This document shows, one piece after another, positions 28,858 to 44,549 of a stretch of DNA of 64,000 nucleotides. Under the pieces are notes generated by a model. The model searched no databases. It had not been told where the DNA came from and worked only from the letters and a program-made list of their open reading frames with translations. A program made the position numbers and the translations under genes. This DNA is from Eledone cirrhosa (Eukaryota), in contig OZ024741.1 of assembly GCA_964016885.1 (NCBI GenBank), forward strand, positions 45,694,001-45,758,000, read 5' to 3'. Within the stretch, counting starts at the first letter, position 1; each line of letters begins with the position of its first letter.

Positions 28858-29122
28858 GTTGTTGCGTGTAGGTTAGCTTAGTTTTCAATATATGATTTAG
28901 ATAGCGGTATGGCAGATTCTTTCTTCTACTATGAACATATTATAGCTAGCTTAAGAATGTTGTAAGGCAGAATATTGAATAAAAATACTAACGGACCGGA
29001 CTCCGCCATTTTAACTCTGCTACACCATTAATCTCAAATCAACATTGACAATGGAATTGAATTAAATAAGAAATCAATCTATCTCATTCTCACTCCCTCT
29101 TCTCTCTCACATTTCTCCCGCT

Positions 29123-29226
<104 letters not shown>

Positions 29227-29383
29227 TCTTTCTCTCTCTCTCTCTCTCTTATTGTAAATAAGAAAGATGTATGCGACGGAAGTAACTCTCTTACATTGAC
29301 ATACAAAAGAAAGGAGTAACGTTGCTGTCAATATCGATAAAGCATTCGCTGTTATTATCATTATTATTATTATTATTGTGATA

Positions 29384-29436
<53 letters not shown>

Positions 29437-30032
29437 GGTGATTTGAAAAGCTAATATAAAGGCAAGCAGTGTGTCTTTGTAGCCAACTAAGCGGAATGTA
29501 ACGCTTTAAATCTTAAAAGTACGTGCTAAATTGATTCCCATTGAAGATAAACCGTGATATGATATAAAGACCAGTTAATGATTATATCTAGAGAAATGTA
29601 GAGGCAATTATTCTCCTCACTTTTCTGTTTGGTTTAATAGAAATCTGTGACATTACTTGTCCTCTGCTCAACAACTAAAGCTAAACTAAATCTATGTGAT
29701 AATAAATGAGGAATGACCTTGAATAAGATGAGTTTAGGAGGTATGTATGTATGTATGTATGTATGTATGTATGTATGTATGTATGTATGTATGTGCGTGA
29801 GTGTGTGTATGCATGTATGTATGTGTATATATGCATGTATGTATATGTATATGTGTGATTCTGTTTGTTTATTTGTGCGTGTGTACGTGTGTATGTGTGT
29901 TTGTGTTAGTGTGAATGTGGGACTAGGTACGTAGAGAGGAACAGACGTGAGAGAGGAATATATAGAATAAAGGAAATAAAGTTGTATCAGTAAAATAATT
30001 AAATGAACACGCTATATATATGTATATATATA

Positions 30033-30900
30033 CTAGCGGCTTCCCGACATTTGTCCTGGTCTGCACTGTGCTCAAATCTATTCAAAAGACACCTATTGTC
30101 ATCTGTCGAAACGTCCATTTTCCTCAGAATAAAATATATTAAAAGGTATTTAAATATTGCCTACTATAATGTTTAAAATTTACTTAGAATATCTAAATAT
30201 AGAGAGTAATAAAGAAATTGTAGGAAACGTATTCTACTAAAATTATAAAACAATTACAGAACTTTAGTATATACAATGTTTTAACCTTTTTTTCTTTTGA
30301 ACATATGAAGAGTTTGTGGGTTCTTCCTAGTCATGCAATTGACCATGCGAGAAACAGCCTTCTTCCAGATGGAGATCGACAACCTGCAGGATTTTACACA
30401 GGGACTAGTTAATGCTCATTGCATTATTGACTCTCACTGGAAATTGCAATATGTTAAAACAAAAGTGGACATCTGTTGGTATTACCAGCATTCTATGTAT
30501 AAATGCGATGTTTCCCTTATCACATCCAGTGACGGTTATGGCTTCGATAATATGCGGCTATAGTTCAGTCACAACTATACGCGTCTTATTGCACAATCTT
30601 AGCTGATCCAGGTTTGTGAGAAGTATGGTGATTGTGCCTTTCTCCAATTCAAGTTTGTGTGGCTGCATACAGGACAGTTCCAGGCTGATGAGAAATTCAA
30701 TGGGATAATGAATAGCACCGACCTCGTCGACGACTTTGTCGATAGACTTATATAACTGGCTACCACCAGGGATCTTTTGTGAGAAAATTTGTTGATGCCA
30801 TTCACTGTGATGTTTTGGGGGGTGGGGTGGAGTGGGGGAGGATTGCGCTTTCACGCAGCTACTCTTCATTGGAATGGTGGATTTGGAAATTTGGGAATAC
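30033..30900 (-). mobile_element. Helitron 3' end with decayed Pif1-like helicase
   Basis: YKSIDKV..YPIEFL..PHKLELEKG..LLTNLD..LCNKTRIVV and QFPVRV motifs; terminal CTAG at 30033-30036 followed by host T. Confidence 0.85.
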
Positions 30901-30999
30901 TTAATTAATTAAGCTTACAACGCTTTCCACAACAATAAAAAATGATGAATAATCACAACATCTTTCAGTATCAGGTTATTCTCTTGTGACGATAAACTC

Positions 31000-31350
31000 C
31001 GCCAGTTGCAGATTGCGCATTAACAAAGTTCGATCACCAACAGCAGAGTTCAAAGAGCAAAGATCAAGTCCAGTCCATGAATTGACATTGTCAAGCTATC
31101 GTTTTGGCTGCAGGCCTCTGCTTCTCTTAACAGTCAAACTTCCTTCCGGGCATAACCTACTCACACCACAAGTTGATCTTTTTATATGGCCGTATAGTTT
31201 GAGTACTCTTGACTTGACAATTGATGTAATTGGTCTAAGTTTGGTAATGTTGAGCGGCTCACTGATGCAGATACGATCGCTGAGCCGCTTGCTAGTCATA
31301 AGTCTTATTATGTGGTTCTGGAATGTAAGTGACCAGTTTAATGCTTTTCT
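31000..31350 (-). pseudogene. Decayed RTE-like LINE 3' fragment
   Basis: ITSIVKSRVLKLYGHIKRS..EG...KRSRG...KR motif. Confidence 0.65.
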
Positions 31351-31459
31351 ATAAACTTAAACGGCTGAGAGGTTAACTGTAACTCCGAGTTTACAATAAT
31401 TAAAATATCTTATTTCTACCTAAGGATGCTTTAGGAAATATTTAGTGTGTAAGTGGGAA

Positions 31460-31840
31460 GGATATTAAAACCAAGATCTACCCACACTACAATCAGGACC
31501 TCAAAAGAAGCGGCTTCAAGGAGGACTTTCCTATTATCCAGGCCCAACTAGCGAATCTAGCAGGCGACACCTCCACTCACACCACGTAACGTCGTTCAAT
31601 CCTCCCCACAATGCTGAGGTCGTAACACCAATTGGGAAGGTTTTCCTCAGACTTCTTGATAAACACCTCCCACCTAACACAGCTTCCACAATATCATCAA
31701 CAGAAACGCTATTCAACTTTCGTACAAAACTACACCCAACTTTCACAAAATATCACTTCCTTTAACAACGCAAAACTCCTCTCTAACAGAAATAACAATG
31801 ATATTAGTGGTGAGAAAACTAGGAGTTCCAACTGTCTAGA
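31460..31840 (+). pseudogene. Decayed PLE-B relative
   Basis: LKRSGF, FNPPHNAEVVTPIGKVFLRLLDKH, homologous to 49720-50080. Confidence 0.8.
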
Positions 31841-31841
31841 T

Positions 31842-33610
31842 CATTGGTTCCCAACCAGGGAGCCATGGCCCACCAGTGGGCCATAGCAAGTTACGGGAAT
31901 TAACTAAAAATCACAACATTTCATACATAACAAAGAAGAGTAGTTTCCTAACATAATTTTTTCTTTTTCTTGCTTCAAATTTTTATATTCAACTTTTTAT
32001 CAACTTTCTACCTTTTCTAATTATGATTTTACTTCACTTGATAATTATTTAAATCTGGATATAGCAATTTATGTTTTAGTAAATAAACTTAGTAAAGAAA
32101 CTTATTTTTATAACAGGATATATATTATTTATTTTAGTAAATTTCTCATTGACAAAATTACTTTGACTATTTTGAAGTACTTTTCATTATTTATTTTAGT
32201 AAATTTATCATTTAAAACTGGATATAGAAACTTTTTTTTATTTATTTTAGTGAATTTCTCAATGTCAGTAAAACAGGAAAAAAGAAATTATGATGATACA
32301 TATCTTCAAATGGGATTTGTTTGCATGCAAAAGAACAATATTGATTTTCTTCAATGTGTAACTTCTTTCAAGATACTGGGAAATGACTCTATGAAACTTC
32401 TAAGCTCAAATTACATCTTTCAAAATGTCACCCTGAACTACTTGGAAAAGATGAATCTTTTTTTAAAAGGAAATCAGATGGTTTAAAAAATCAAAAGCTT
32501 GATGTAAGTGGTACTATTCATGAGACCAAGGCCATTATTGTTGAAGCTTCCTATCGTGTTGCTTATCTGATTGCTCAACAAAAGAAGGCACATACGATTG
32601 CTGAGGAGCTTATTTTGTCTTGTGCCAAAGAGATGGTTAAACTTGTTGTTGGAGAAAGTGCTTCAAAGAAGTTAAATGATATATCCTTGTCAAATAACAC
32701 GATAATGGTCAATTTTTGGAAAGGTTTTTCTCGCTTCGCAATGTGGTGAAAAAGTTTGTTGAAGAGCAAAAGAAGCAAGGTATTTTGGAAAAATTTCAAC
32801 ATGATCAATTTGATCTTCTTCTTGCTTATCTTGTTGACATTTTCGACATACTCAATAGTTTGAATTTAAAGTTACAAGGGAAAAATTGCAATATTCTGTC
32901 ACATACAGATGCTATCCGCGCTTTTCTAGGAAAATTAGTATTATACAAGCAAAGAGTTCACCAAGGTAATGTTATAATGTTTCCAAAAATGACATCTATT
33001 CTAAATGGAGAGCAACTCCCAATGACCACAGAACTTGAAATAACTGAGCATCTGTCACAACTTGAGGATGAGTTTCAGAGGTACTTCCCAGTTCTAAGTC
33101 AACAAAATCTTGAGTTGACAAGAAATCCCTTTCTTTGTGATGTGGAAGTTGTACCAGAAGAATTCCTTGAACTAATTAATGACTCAACAGCAAAGAATTG
33201 TTTAAGACAGAAGAATTGAATGAATTCTGGTGTTCTATGAAAGTGTCCTGCCCAAGAATAACTGACATGACGATCCATGTGTTGCTGCCATTTTCATCTA
33301 CTTATCTTTGTGAGAGCGGGTTCTCTGCTATGATAGCAATAAAATCAAAGGCAAGAAACAAATTGGCAGTTGAAGATGACTTGAGGTGTGCTCTTACCTC
33401 TATTCTTCCAAGATTCCAGAAACTAGTTGAAAACAAACAATTACAGAAATCTCATTAATTTGTTCTTTGAAGTTAAATATGTTCTTATTTTAATGTTTTT
33501 TGTTGAAAAAGGGTTTATAAACAATTTTAAATGATTTGATTGAAATAAAAAGACATGCTCAAATTATTTCTACATAAAAAAATTATGTAGATCCTCGTGC
33601 CCCTCAATAA
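31842..33610 (+). mobile_element. hAT (Buster/Charlie-like) transposon, internally deleted
   Basis: Left end CATTGGTTCCCAAC after target GTCTAGAT; BED-finger remnant, KKAHTIAEELI, LAYLVDIF, LLPFSSTYLCESGFSAM dimerisation domain; right TIR not found. Confidence 0.88.
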
Positions 33611-33680
33611 TAAATGCCGAGAACGAAATGTGATATACTCTGCTGAAGTCTTATTTTTTAAAAAACTAGTATAACACTGA

Positions 33681-33777
<97 letters not shown>

Positions 33778-33800
33778 TTCTCTCTCTCTCTCTCTCTCTT

Positions 33801-33835
<35 letters not shown>

Positions 33836-34032
33836 ACACATGAAATGAATCTCTAATATGAAACTTGGCTCCGGGCAAATACTTTCCTCACTTAAAAAAG
33901 CTGACATACTTGTTTTGCGATTCATGTCATTGCTGACTATAGGCAAATTCCTAGCAGGACTAAAAAGTCAGGTCTGTGATGTTCATGTTTAAGTATCAAG
34001 CGATGGCTTTACTGGATATCGAGTTGCAGCCA

Positions 34033-34075
<43 letters not shown>

Positions 34076-34079
<4 letters not shown>

Positions 34080-35489
34080 ACAATGGAAAGCATCCAGCAA
34101 ATAGCTATCTCCATTCACCAGAGTATTAGAGTTACTATAGAACTACCCAAGCAAACACCCCAACCATCGATTACCTGTACTAGACACAGAGCTCTGGTTA
34201 GATACCATTAATAACAAAAAACAAATCCTCCATTCCCATTATGCCAAACCCATGACTTCCAAATATCTGATCCACCGAAACGCAGCTGTTTCGGACCATA
34301 CCAAAATCAACATACTGATTGCGGATTTGGTACGGGTGATGAGAAACGTGTCCCGCATGTGCAACCCCGAAGAACTGGAGAGATACATACAACACTTCAT
34401 CCACCGTATTCAGTTCTCTGGTTACAATCAGAGAGATAAAATCAGAGTGTATAGAGGAGCCAGAACCAAATGCGAAAAAATGGTAAATAATGACACAAAT
34501 GGGACCTGCCCCTTGTATAGGAGCAAATTTTGGAATAGAATAGTAAGAACTAGGAATAAGGCTAATAGAATAAACTCATGGTATGATAGCAATAAATACT
34601 AGAGTGTAATGTTCATCGATACAACCCCTAGAGGTGAATGAGCTTACCAATTTAGAAGGGCCCTAGATAAACATAAACTCAATATTAAGATAGTACCCTT
34701 TTCAAAGACCTCCCTGTATAAATAAGAAATGTATAATCTGTAAATTAAGCCCCCATATTAACTGTAAAACTAGAAATGTAGTATATAGCATAAGATGTAC
34801 TGAAGGACAATGTACAGATAAAAATATAGTGTACATAGGTGAGACAGCACGTAGTATAGGGGAACGGATAAATGAACACTGGCGAGACCTTCAAGATAGT
34901 AAAGAATCATCTGTACTCTACCAACATGCTAAAATAGAACATAAGGGTAAATTAGAGAACATAGAAATAAAAATAGAATCTATACACAGAAAAGACGCAA
35001 TGTTGAGACAAATCACAGAGGCAATAAACATAAATGAATTACAACCAAAATTAAATAGAAAACATGAGTGGAACAGCAACATCACAGCTTACAATTAAGG
35101 ACAAAATGAAAACACACACACACATAGAACAAACAACCAACCAGTAACATGTAAATAAACAAATAAATAAACGAATATAAACACACACAGACACCCGGAT
35201 GTAACACATGCGCAAACTAAGCACACAACACACACACAGAAACAAGATGGCGTAGGACAGAACAAAGGAGAGGCACAAAAAACAAAGAAAAGAACTCGCA
35301 GTCACTGAAGAGGTCACAGAATGTGTGACGAAAGAACTTTGACAATATATAAACAACCATCTGGTTGTGGAACCAACCAACCAACCAGAAATTTATAAAT
35401 TCCTAAATTTATAAATTTATTATAATAAATTGAAGGGAAAGCAACTGGTGCGTGTGTTTCTTATTGGCAACATGACCCTCCCAAAGTAT

Positions 35490-35495
<6 letters not shown>
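34076..35495 (+). mobile_element. PLE-A 5'-truncated copy with HHR (35300-35343)
   Basis: Closely similar to 9005-10600, with stops and a deletion; AGTCA-CTGAAGA-..-GAAA-GAAC-TT-TGAC; (TA)n on both sides; no tail. Confidence 0.92.
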
Positions 35496-35531
<36 letters not shown>

Positions 35532-35651
35532 CTATATATATATAAATATATATATATTTATATATATATATATGCATATAATTTTCATTATTGTTCATAC
35601 GCTTAACATATATGTACGATATATATATAATATATATTTAGATAGAAGACG

Positions 35652-35808
35652 CAAAGGCAAAGTTAACCTCGGCGGGATTTGAACCCATTCTGAGATCAAA
35701 TCCCGCCGAGGTTAACTTTTCCTTTCATCCTTTTGTGGTCGATAAAATAAAGTACCAGTAATGCACTGGTTAATTGCTGGCCTTGTACCAAAAAGTAGAA
35801 ACAATTAT
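35652..35808 (+). mobile_element. 5'-truncated SINE with short inverted duplication
   Basis: 35653-35686 is the approximate reverse complement of about 35690-35725. Confidence 0.8.
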
Positions 35809-37512
35809 TTAGTATAGTTATTTTATTCTCTTATATTTTTCATATATATATAAGTTCCATTTTGTATTCTATAGTTATTCCATTACTGCCAGTATTATAT
35901 ATTCTTATATATTTCTTATATATATTGTAATTTCTTCTTTTCGATCCTAAAGACTGATTGCACCAGATTAAAACACCGAGCAGGCCATTTGCTAAACACA
36001 TTGCGTAACCTTCCGTATTTAGGTATCCAGATTAATGGTTTTTAATTAGTAGGGTAACCACCTAGTGCTACATTTATCAAGGAGACATACATCATATACA
36101 ATAATAATAAATTAGACTAAAATCTGTGTCTGTCAGCAACATCGATTCTATCCGCCGGGGCAGCGGGCCGACCAGGGCGTGCCCTCTCCACCTCCCTCCA
36201 TTCCTTTGTAATAGTTAGCGATGGGGTGAGTGAGAGTGACGGCGGGAGCGACTATACCCGCATTGCTGAAGTATTTTGTGGAGTTAAAGGAGAGGTAATT
36301 TCGTTAAATACCTTGTTCGCCAGTTGTTGTTTTTTTTTGTTTGGGTTTTTTTGGTGAATATATCGTAAAACTAGCTGATAATATTAATACCAGTAATGTA
36401 TTGGGGTCGATTTAGTCGACCTTTCCTTCCCAATAAATTGTGGCCTTTGCCTAAATCAGAAACCAATATTAACTTGACCATTGAATAGTGGTTACTATAC
36501 AACTTGCACTTTCAAACCACATCCTGATGATTTCAGACGAATGAAACGTCAAAACAGGAGATATGGATTTGGCTATTGATTTCGAGATTTCACGAAAGAG
36601 TCAGTCACGTATGACCTGGTTCTATAGTCAGCTATTAGTTAATGTTCGCTTTGCGTTATTAGGAATGTGTTTTAGGGGTAGTGGCGGTGATATGCAGAGT
36701 GGGCCGTGGGGAAGAAGTGTCCAAGTATTGAGGAGTAGTTGAGGTCAAGCATCCAAATCAATAAGGTTCGTTACACTTTCACCAATATATTTATATTTAT
36801 TTATATTTATGCGTGTGCTTCGATTATCTGTCTGTCTGCCTGTCTGATTTTTCTGTCTGTCTATCTGTATATGTTTGTATATCAACTGTCTACCTAGTTA
36901 TAGTAAATTCACTTAACCTTTAACTCTACAAAATACTTCAACAATATTGGTACAGACACTCCCTCCGTCTCTCTCCTCTCCCCATTTCTCACTATTATAA
37001 GCAAATGGAGGTTCTGAAAATTACTCATGGCTTTAAATGCCATCATTCTCCTGTAAGTATTCCTATGTATGGTTAGTCAGCATATTGCTTATCATGTGTA
37101 AGTACGGGTGTTTGGTCAGGTGTTGAATAAACCTTGAGTTTATATTTCGAAATTTTAGAATTCAGCTACTGAAGTTGAAATCGTTCCATGTGATTCCATT
37201 CAAGAAAGTTTTAGATTTGAAACAGAATGCTTGAATTTATGCTTGGTTTACGCTTGCAGCTCATCATAGTTTCGATATTCGATTAATTCTCCATATAGTC
37301 TCGGCTAATACTGGCTTCGATATTTGGTTTAGGGCAAAAGCAATAAGGTAGCATGATAGGTTGTATATATTGGAAACACATACACGTTAAATGTATGAAA
37401 CTTTGTTTACACTAAATACACACACACACACACATATATATATATATGTATATATATATAAAATTATATATATATATATATATTATATATATATATATTA
37501 TATATATATATA

Positions 37513-37603
<91 letters not shown>

Positions 37604-37901
37604 ATATATTATATATATATATATATGTGTGTGAATGAAGTAATTCCGTCGGAAAAGTCCAGGAAAAAAGAGTGCTCTATGTAGGTAACAGAGCGTAATA
37701 GTTATGTAATAAACAACATAAGGCAATTATTTCATTTACCAGTGGTTTCTTAAAAGCAAAAAAATTGTTGCTTTCAATCCCCAGAATGAAAAAATCCTGG
37801 TGTATTTATTGGCGTTGGATTTTAAAAACAAAAATGCAATCTATATGAAAGTGAGGCTGGAAAAGGAAGAAGGAAAGGAAAAATAAAATAAAAACACACA
37901 T

Positions 37902-37949
<48 letters not shown>

Positions 37950-38544
37950 ACACACACACACAATTATATATATACATACACACATACATACACACACACA
38001 TATACACACACATATATGTGTATATATATACATACACATACATATACACATACAGGCACACATAAATATCAACATACCCATACATACACATACATATATA
38101 CACACATATATATATATATATATACACATACACATACATATACATACACATATACATACATACATACATACACACAATCATACGTATATACACACGTACA
38201 TACACACATACATACACACATATATACACGCATACATACGCATGCACAAAAATAAAAATATATACACACACCTCTACATACTCACACACACAAATAAATA
38301 TAAGAAAAAATATATAATAATAATAAATAAAAATGAATAGAAAGACTATTATAATGTTGACAGCGATACAGGCAACAAATAAATGAACAAACACACGTGG
38401 TAAGCAATACACACAAATGCACGTACACATACACACGTAAAAATACATACATACACACACTCTCACACATAAATATACAAATACAAATACATAAACACAT
38501 ACATGCGCATACACAATTACATACACACACACATATACATCTAT

Positions 38545-38608
<64 letters not shown>

Positions 38609-39252
38609 ATACATAACCATACAAATATACACATACATATACATACATATCACAAACACATAAATACAAATACAAACACACATATGTGTGTAAAACTCAT
38701 TCTTAGATAATTCATATGAACCTTATTTAACTCTAAAATATATATATATATATATATACATACACATATATACACATACATACGTACTCACATACACATA
38801 TATACCTACACACACATATATACATACACATACGTATGCATACATACATACACACACACACACATACATATATAATTATATATATATATATATGAGAAAG
38901 AACATAAATATTATATATATATATAAAAAATAAATATTGTATATATAAAAAAATATTGTATATATAAAAATAAAAATAAAAATAAAAATAAAAATGAAAA
39001 TAAAAAGTTGGGAATAAGACAAATAATAAATAAAAAATATATATCTTTAGAAAAGGGTATAAATGCTTATAACAGATTTAGAGCACCCAACAAGTCCCTG
39101 GAGCAAAAGATCAATGAAAATAATCATTAAATCACTATATGTAATGATGCATATACATACACCCATACATACAATTACATATATACATATACACATATAT
39201 ATACATATATCTATACATAGATATATGTATATATATATATGTGTATATATAT

Positions 39253-40330
39253 GTGAAAATGAATTGTCTTCAAATTCTTGATATGAGGGAGAAAATTAGC
39301 AATGTTCACTCACAGAGTTCATTCCCTCATATGAAAATCAAGCAGTCAAAATGCGGCGACTGCTATCAAATTCAGTTAAGGTCATAAAACAATCAAATTT
39401 CTATATCCCAATAGCTGCAAAAGACGCTGGACATCAATCAAATCTGTAGAAATACAGTCGGTCACAGTTAATGTGAGTGGGTACACACACACTTTACACC
39501 CACACACACCGACTCGATGTCAAAGAAAAAACAATAAATATAAGAATATACCAACATAGCATACACCGAAAAGTTAGTTTACAAAACAACAAATGCTACA
39601 TTGGTTAAATGACGATGCAAATTGGAAATATTCGGTAAACCACAGCCACTTTTTTGGACGATACAGATGTGTATATACCATAACATACACTTTTTGGAGA
39701 TACGGATGTTAAAATTCAATCTATACACGTATAGCAGAACACTGAACTGAATTTATTTGTTTGTGTGTGTGTGTGTATGGGGCTGTGGTTGACCCAATAT
39801 TTCCAATTTGCATCGTCAAATTGAGATTTAACCAATGTAGCATTTGTTGTTTTGTAAACTAACTTTTCGGTGAATGCTATGTTGGTATATTCTTATATTT
39901 ATTGTTTTTTCTTTGACATCGCTTCGGTGTGTGTGTACCCACTCACACTAATTGTGACCGTCTATAGTTCTACAGATTTGATACTGTGTTGATGTGTGTA
40001 TATATTTATATATATTTTTTCTTTGACTTCGAGTCGGTGTGTATGGGTGTTAAGTGTGTGTGTACCCACTCACATTAACTTGATTTTCATATGAGGGAAT
40101 AAACTCTGTGAGTGAACATTACCAATGTTCTCCCTCATATCAAGAATTTGAAGACAATTCGTTTTCATCTGATGAGATCAGTGATAATTAATCATGGCTT
40201 AACGATCGATCTATCTCTTATTGAAACATGTGTCGTGATTAAAATGATTGGAAATTTTACCCTACCTTCGGATTTTCATTTTGATACTAATACTCCGTTT
40301 TACATCATCTAGCTGTTCCCTTGAATGGAA
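39253..40330. mobile_element. Family U fold-back element with HHR candidate (40165-40238, plus)
   Basis: 39253-39650 is inverted at 39780-40168; TCAT-CTGATGA-(47 nt)-GAAA-CATGTG-TC-GTGA. Confidence 0.65.
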
Positions 40331-40364
40331 TTGGAGATATACTAAAGCGTGGAGAACTTAATAT

Positions 40365-40661
40365 TGCTAACAAAAATTTATTGGATCGTTGTGCACAACC
40401 ATTAATACACCTTACTATATAACAACTATATATAGATATAAAGGATCGATCGACTTTCGTCAAATCGGACCGAGGAAACAATGTTTTCGTCGGTCTTTCC
40501 AGTTGCTAGTACTATCTATCGGTCGCAACTCCAGGTAGAAGGAGCAACGTGAAATAAAGTGTCTTGCTCAAGGACATAACGCATCGCCCGGTCCAGAAAT
40601 CAAACTCACAATCTCAAGAGTGTGAGTTCGATTCTCTAACCACTCAGCCACACGCCTTCAC
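40365..40661 (-). mobile_element. Second tRNA-derived SINE family (CORE-like)
   Basis: Minus strand GGCGTGTGGCTGAGTGGTTAGA..GTCCTTGAGCAAGACACTTTATTTCAC. Confidence 0.7.
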
Positions 40662-40726
40662 TATATAGATATATATATATATAATAATAATAATTATAAA
40701 ATGTGGAGAAGGAGCACATGAGTTGG

Positions 40727-40880
<154 letters not shown>

Positions 40881-41040
40881 TATATATATATATATATATA
40901 TATAATTATATATATAATTACCCAACCCCCACCCCTGCTTATTAATTCTCTAGAAAAAACGGAGAAAAAAATAGGGAATAAAATATATTTTTCTTCCTAA
41001 TAATCGATTTTTTCTCCCTATATATATATATATATATATA

Positions 41041-42219
41041 GGGAGAAAAAATCGATTATTAGGAAGAAAAATATATTTTATTCCCTATTTTTTTTTCCGT
41101 TTTTTCTAGAGAATGAGTATGCAGGGGTGGGGCGGTAATTCAGGGTAGTCGGGTAGGAGAAAGAGAGGAGAGGGGGTAAATAATTTATATAAGAAAAAGG
41201 ATTAGGTAGGTTGTACGGGACGTAACTCTTTAGAGAACGTAGGGATTTTGAACATGTGTATCTGAAAACCTAATCTATGTTTTAACCTGAAGGTTGTCGA
41301 GAGCACTACATAGGACAGACAAAATACAGCCACCGACAACGTATTACCGTCCATAAACCACAAATCAAAATACAGGAATACAGAAAGATTGCTTTTAGTG
41401 AACATATCGCATATTGTGCACCTAACCAACTACCAAACTTTAGAATTTTCCCCATTTACAAATTCATAGACAACGCTTCTTTCATCCATCGTACTAATAA
41501 GGAAACGTACTTCATTAACAAATTCCAACCTCTTCTTAATGGACTAAACTTCGGACTAAACTAAAACCGGAACGAACAATGAACCACAGTCCAAAATCCC
41601 TACGTTCTCTAAAGAGTTACGAATCCTTTTTCTTATATAAATGAATTACCCCCTCTCCTCTCTTTCTCTTACGCGACCACCCTGAATTACCCCCACCCCC
41701 CTGCATATTAATTCTCTAAAAAGGGAAAACACATCCAATCCCAGACCGACATTACCCCCCCCCCCCTCATAGATCAACTTCTTTAAGCGATCTTACCATA
41801 ATAACATTTTTTTAACTGATTATCCTAAAAAAACAATGCTTGTAAATAATATTATTCTTTCTTTCCCATTACCTTATCATGTTCCACATCAACCATTTTT
41901 TTTACTTCAAAAACTTTGTTTGTAAATAATTGTTTCTACTTTTGGCACAAGGCCAGAAATTATTACAATGTATTACTGGTACTTTATTTTATCGACCCAT
42001 AATGCATAAAATGCTGAAACCGGTAATTGATAATCATTAAATAAATAAATTAATAAATAAATAAATCAATGCTATTGTTAATTAATAAATAAATTAACTA
42101 ATACCTTAACACTTTACACAAAGTAAAATATTTTGTTTTAAACATTTTCTAACCAAGAAAAAGGGGGAAAAATAGGGAAAATAATATTTCTTTCTTCCTA
42201 ATAATCGTTTTTTTCTCCC

Positions 42220-42220
<1 letters not shown>
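41041..42220 (+). mobile_element. PLE-C: 3' fragment with GIY-YIG remnant (41252-41564) and inverted 5' arm (41041-41250)
   Basis: Manual translation TCVSENLIYVLT//GCREHYIGQT..RQRITVH..SEH..C..KETYFINKFQPLLN; half HHR TGCAT-AAA-ATGCT-GAAA-CCGG-TA at about 42003-42025; SINE fragment at 41928-41999. Confidence 0.78.
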
Positions 42221-42258
<38 letters not shown>

Positions 42259-42639
42259 AGGGGTCCTGAACTCCTGATGAAATTGCATGTCGGACGTTGT
42301 GAAATTGATCATTTATAGCGGCTTTATCTTTATGTTCTATAAAGTAGCAATACTATGATCTGCACATAATTTTAGTGTTTTAACACACACCATTACTCTC
42401 AAATTCTTTTAGAGAATAAGAAACATTTTCTGGCTTTATGAAATAATCAAGCCAGCACTACTGTTAATTTTACTCATGAAGATGTTATATCTTGGAACCA
42501 TTCAATATGGCAGCTCAATAAAATATATTGTGATGGGAATTGAAAACAATATAAGATATTAAAATTCAATATTCAACCAAAATAAATAATTGACATTATT
42601 CTGAGATTCCGGTAAAATAATTAAAACAAGCAATGTACG

Positions 42640-43514
<875 letters not shown>

Positions 43515-43520
43515 TATACG

Positions 43521-43575
<55 letters not shown>

Positions 43576-43605
43576 ATGTATGTATGTATGTATATATATA
43601 TATAT

Positions 43606-44162
43606 GTCAGGTCACCAGTTGGTGCTACTGGTAACATGTATCCCAGTACAACCTGTCTCATAGTCGGGTCGTTGGCGACTAAACTGGCAACCCCACCAAG
43701 GTTTCTTGGTGAGGAGAGTGACTTTGGACATCCAGCAGGACTAAAAACAAAACCTGTCAAAGGAGCTCTTAAGAGCCAATGGCCATCCAAAATCACCGGG
43801 AGAGATGACCCCTTAGCCTTTGTCAGGGCAGAATTCTAGGAGAAGGAAATCTCTGATATAACACCTGCAACCCTGATGGTATCCAATGATGTTGACTTGT
43901 TCTTCTTTTTGGTAAATATCATCTTGGTTAAGAGAGTGGGACTGGTTTTATGCAGTGCCTTTGCTCACTATAAAAGCTTCACGGCACAGGCATTGCTTTA
44001 TATCTGGAGATCTCTCTGCACTTGTTGTCACATGGTACTCTGGGCCCAGCACTGTGTCAATAATTGTCACAAGTGTAGTCTTTGTACCAGAATGCATCGG
44101 TAGGGGTTCTCCTACATGGATATAAAGTGGTGGCCGTACTCGAAAACGAGTTGGCAGCCACC

Positions 44163-44163
<1 letters not shown>
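43606..44163 (+). mobile_element. Non-autonomous RTE-related element with RTE-like 5' UTR
   Basis: GGCAG..TCTAGGAGAAGGAAATCTCTGAT motif; second copy at 4537-4903. Confidence 0.6.
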
Positions 44164-44201
<38 letters not shown>

Positions 44202-44549
44202 GAGAGAGAGAGGGAGTGAGAGAGAGAGTAGACATTTCTGAATAAATATGACAATAGTAAATATAGAATGTAAATAGATGATTACCGTATGTTTATCTGA
44301 GAATCACTATATGAATATACTTTTATCAAAAATAATTCCTCCCTACATATAAAGCAATTAATTGCAGAAATATTTTAGGATTAATCTTTATTCTGTAGCA
44401 AAGGAAATGTTGATGGTAATATTATATTCTTGAATACACGAAATTATCATGAGAAACCTAGGCATGGATGGTTGGGTAAGAGGTTTGCTTCGCAATCATG
44501 TATTCACCGACTCGATCCCTCTGCATGAAAACTTGGTAAGTAGTTTTAA

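Noticed and set aside
36524-36550. HHR core CTGATGA-TTTC..GAAT-GAAA-CG-TC
   Set aside because: Stem I cannot pair; kept only as a relic.
42274-42316. CTGATGA...GAAA-TTGATCAT
   Set aside because: Stems I and II are weak; may be chance or heavily decayed.
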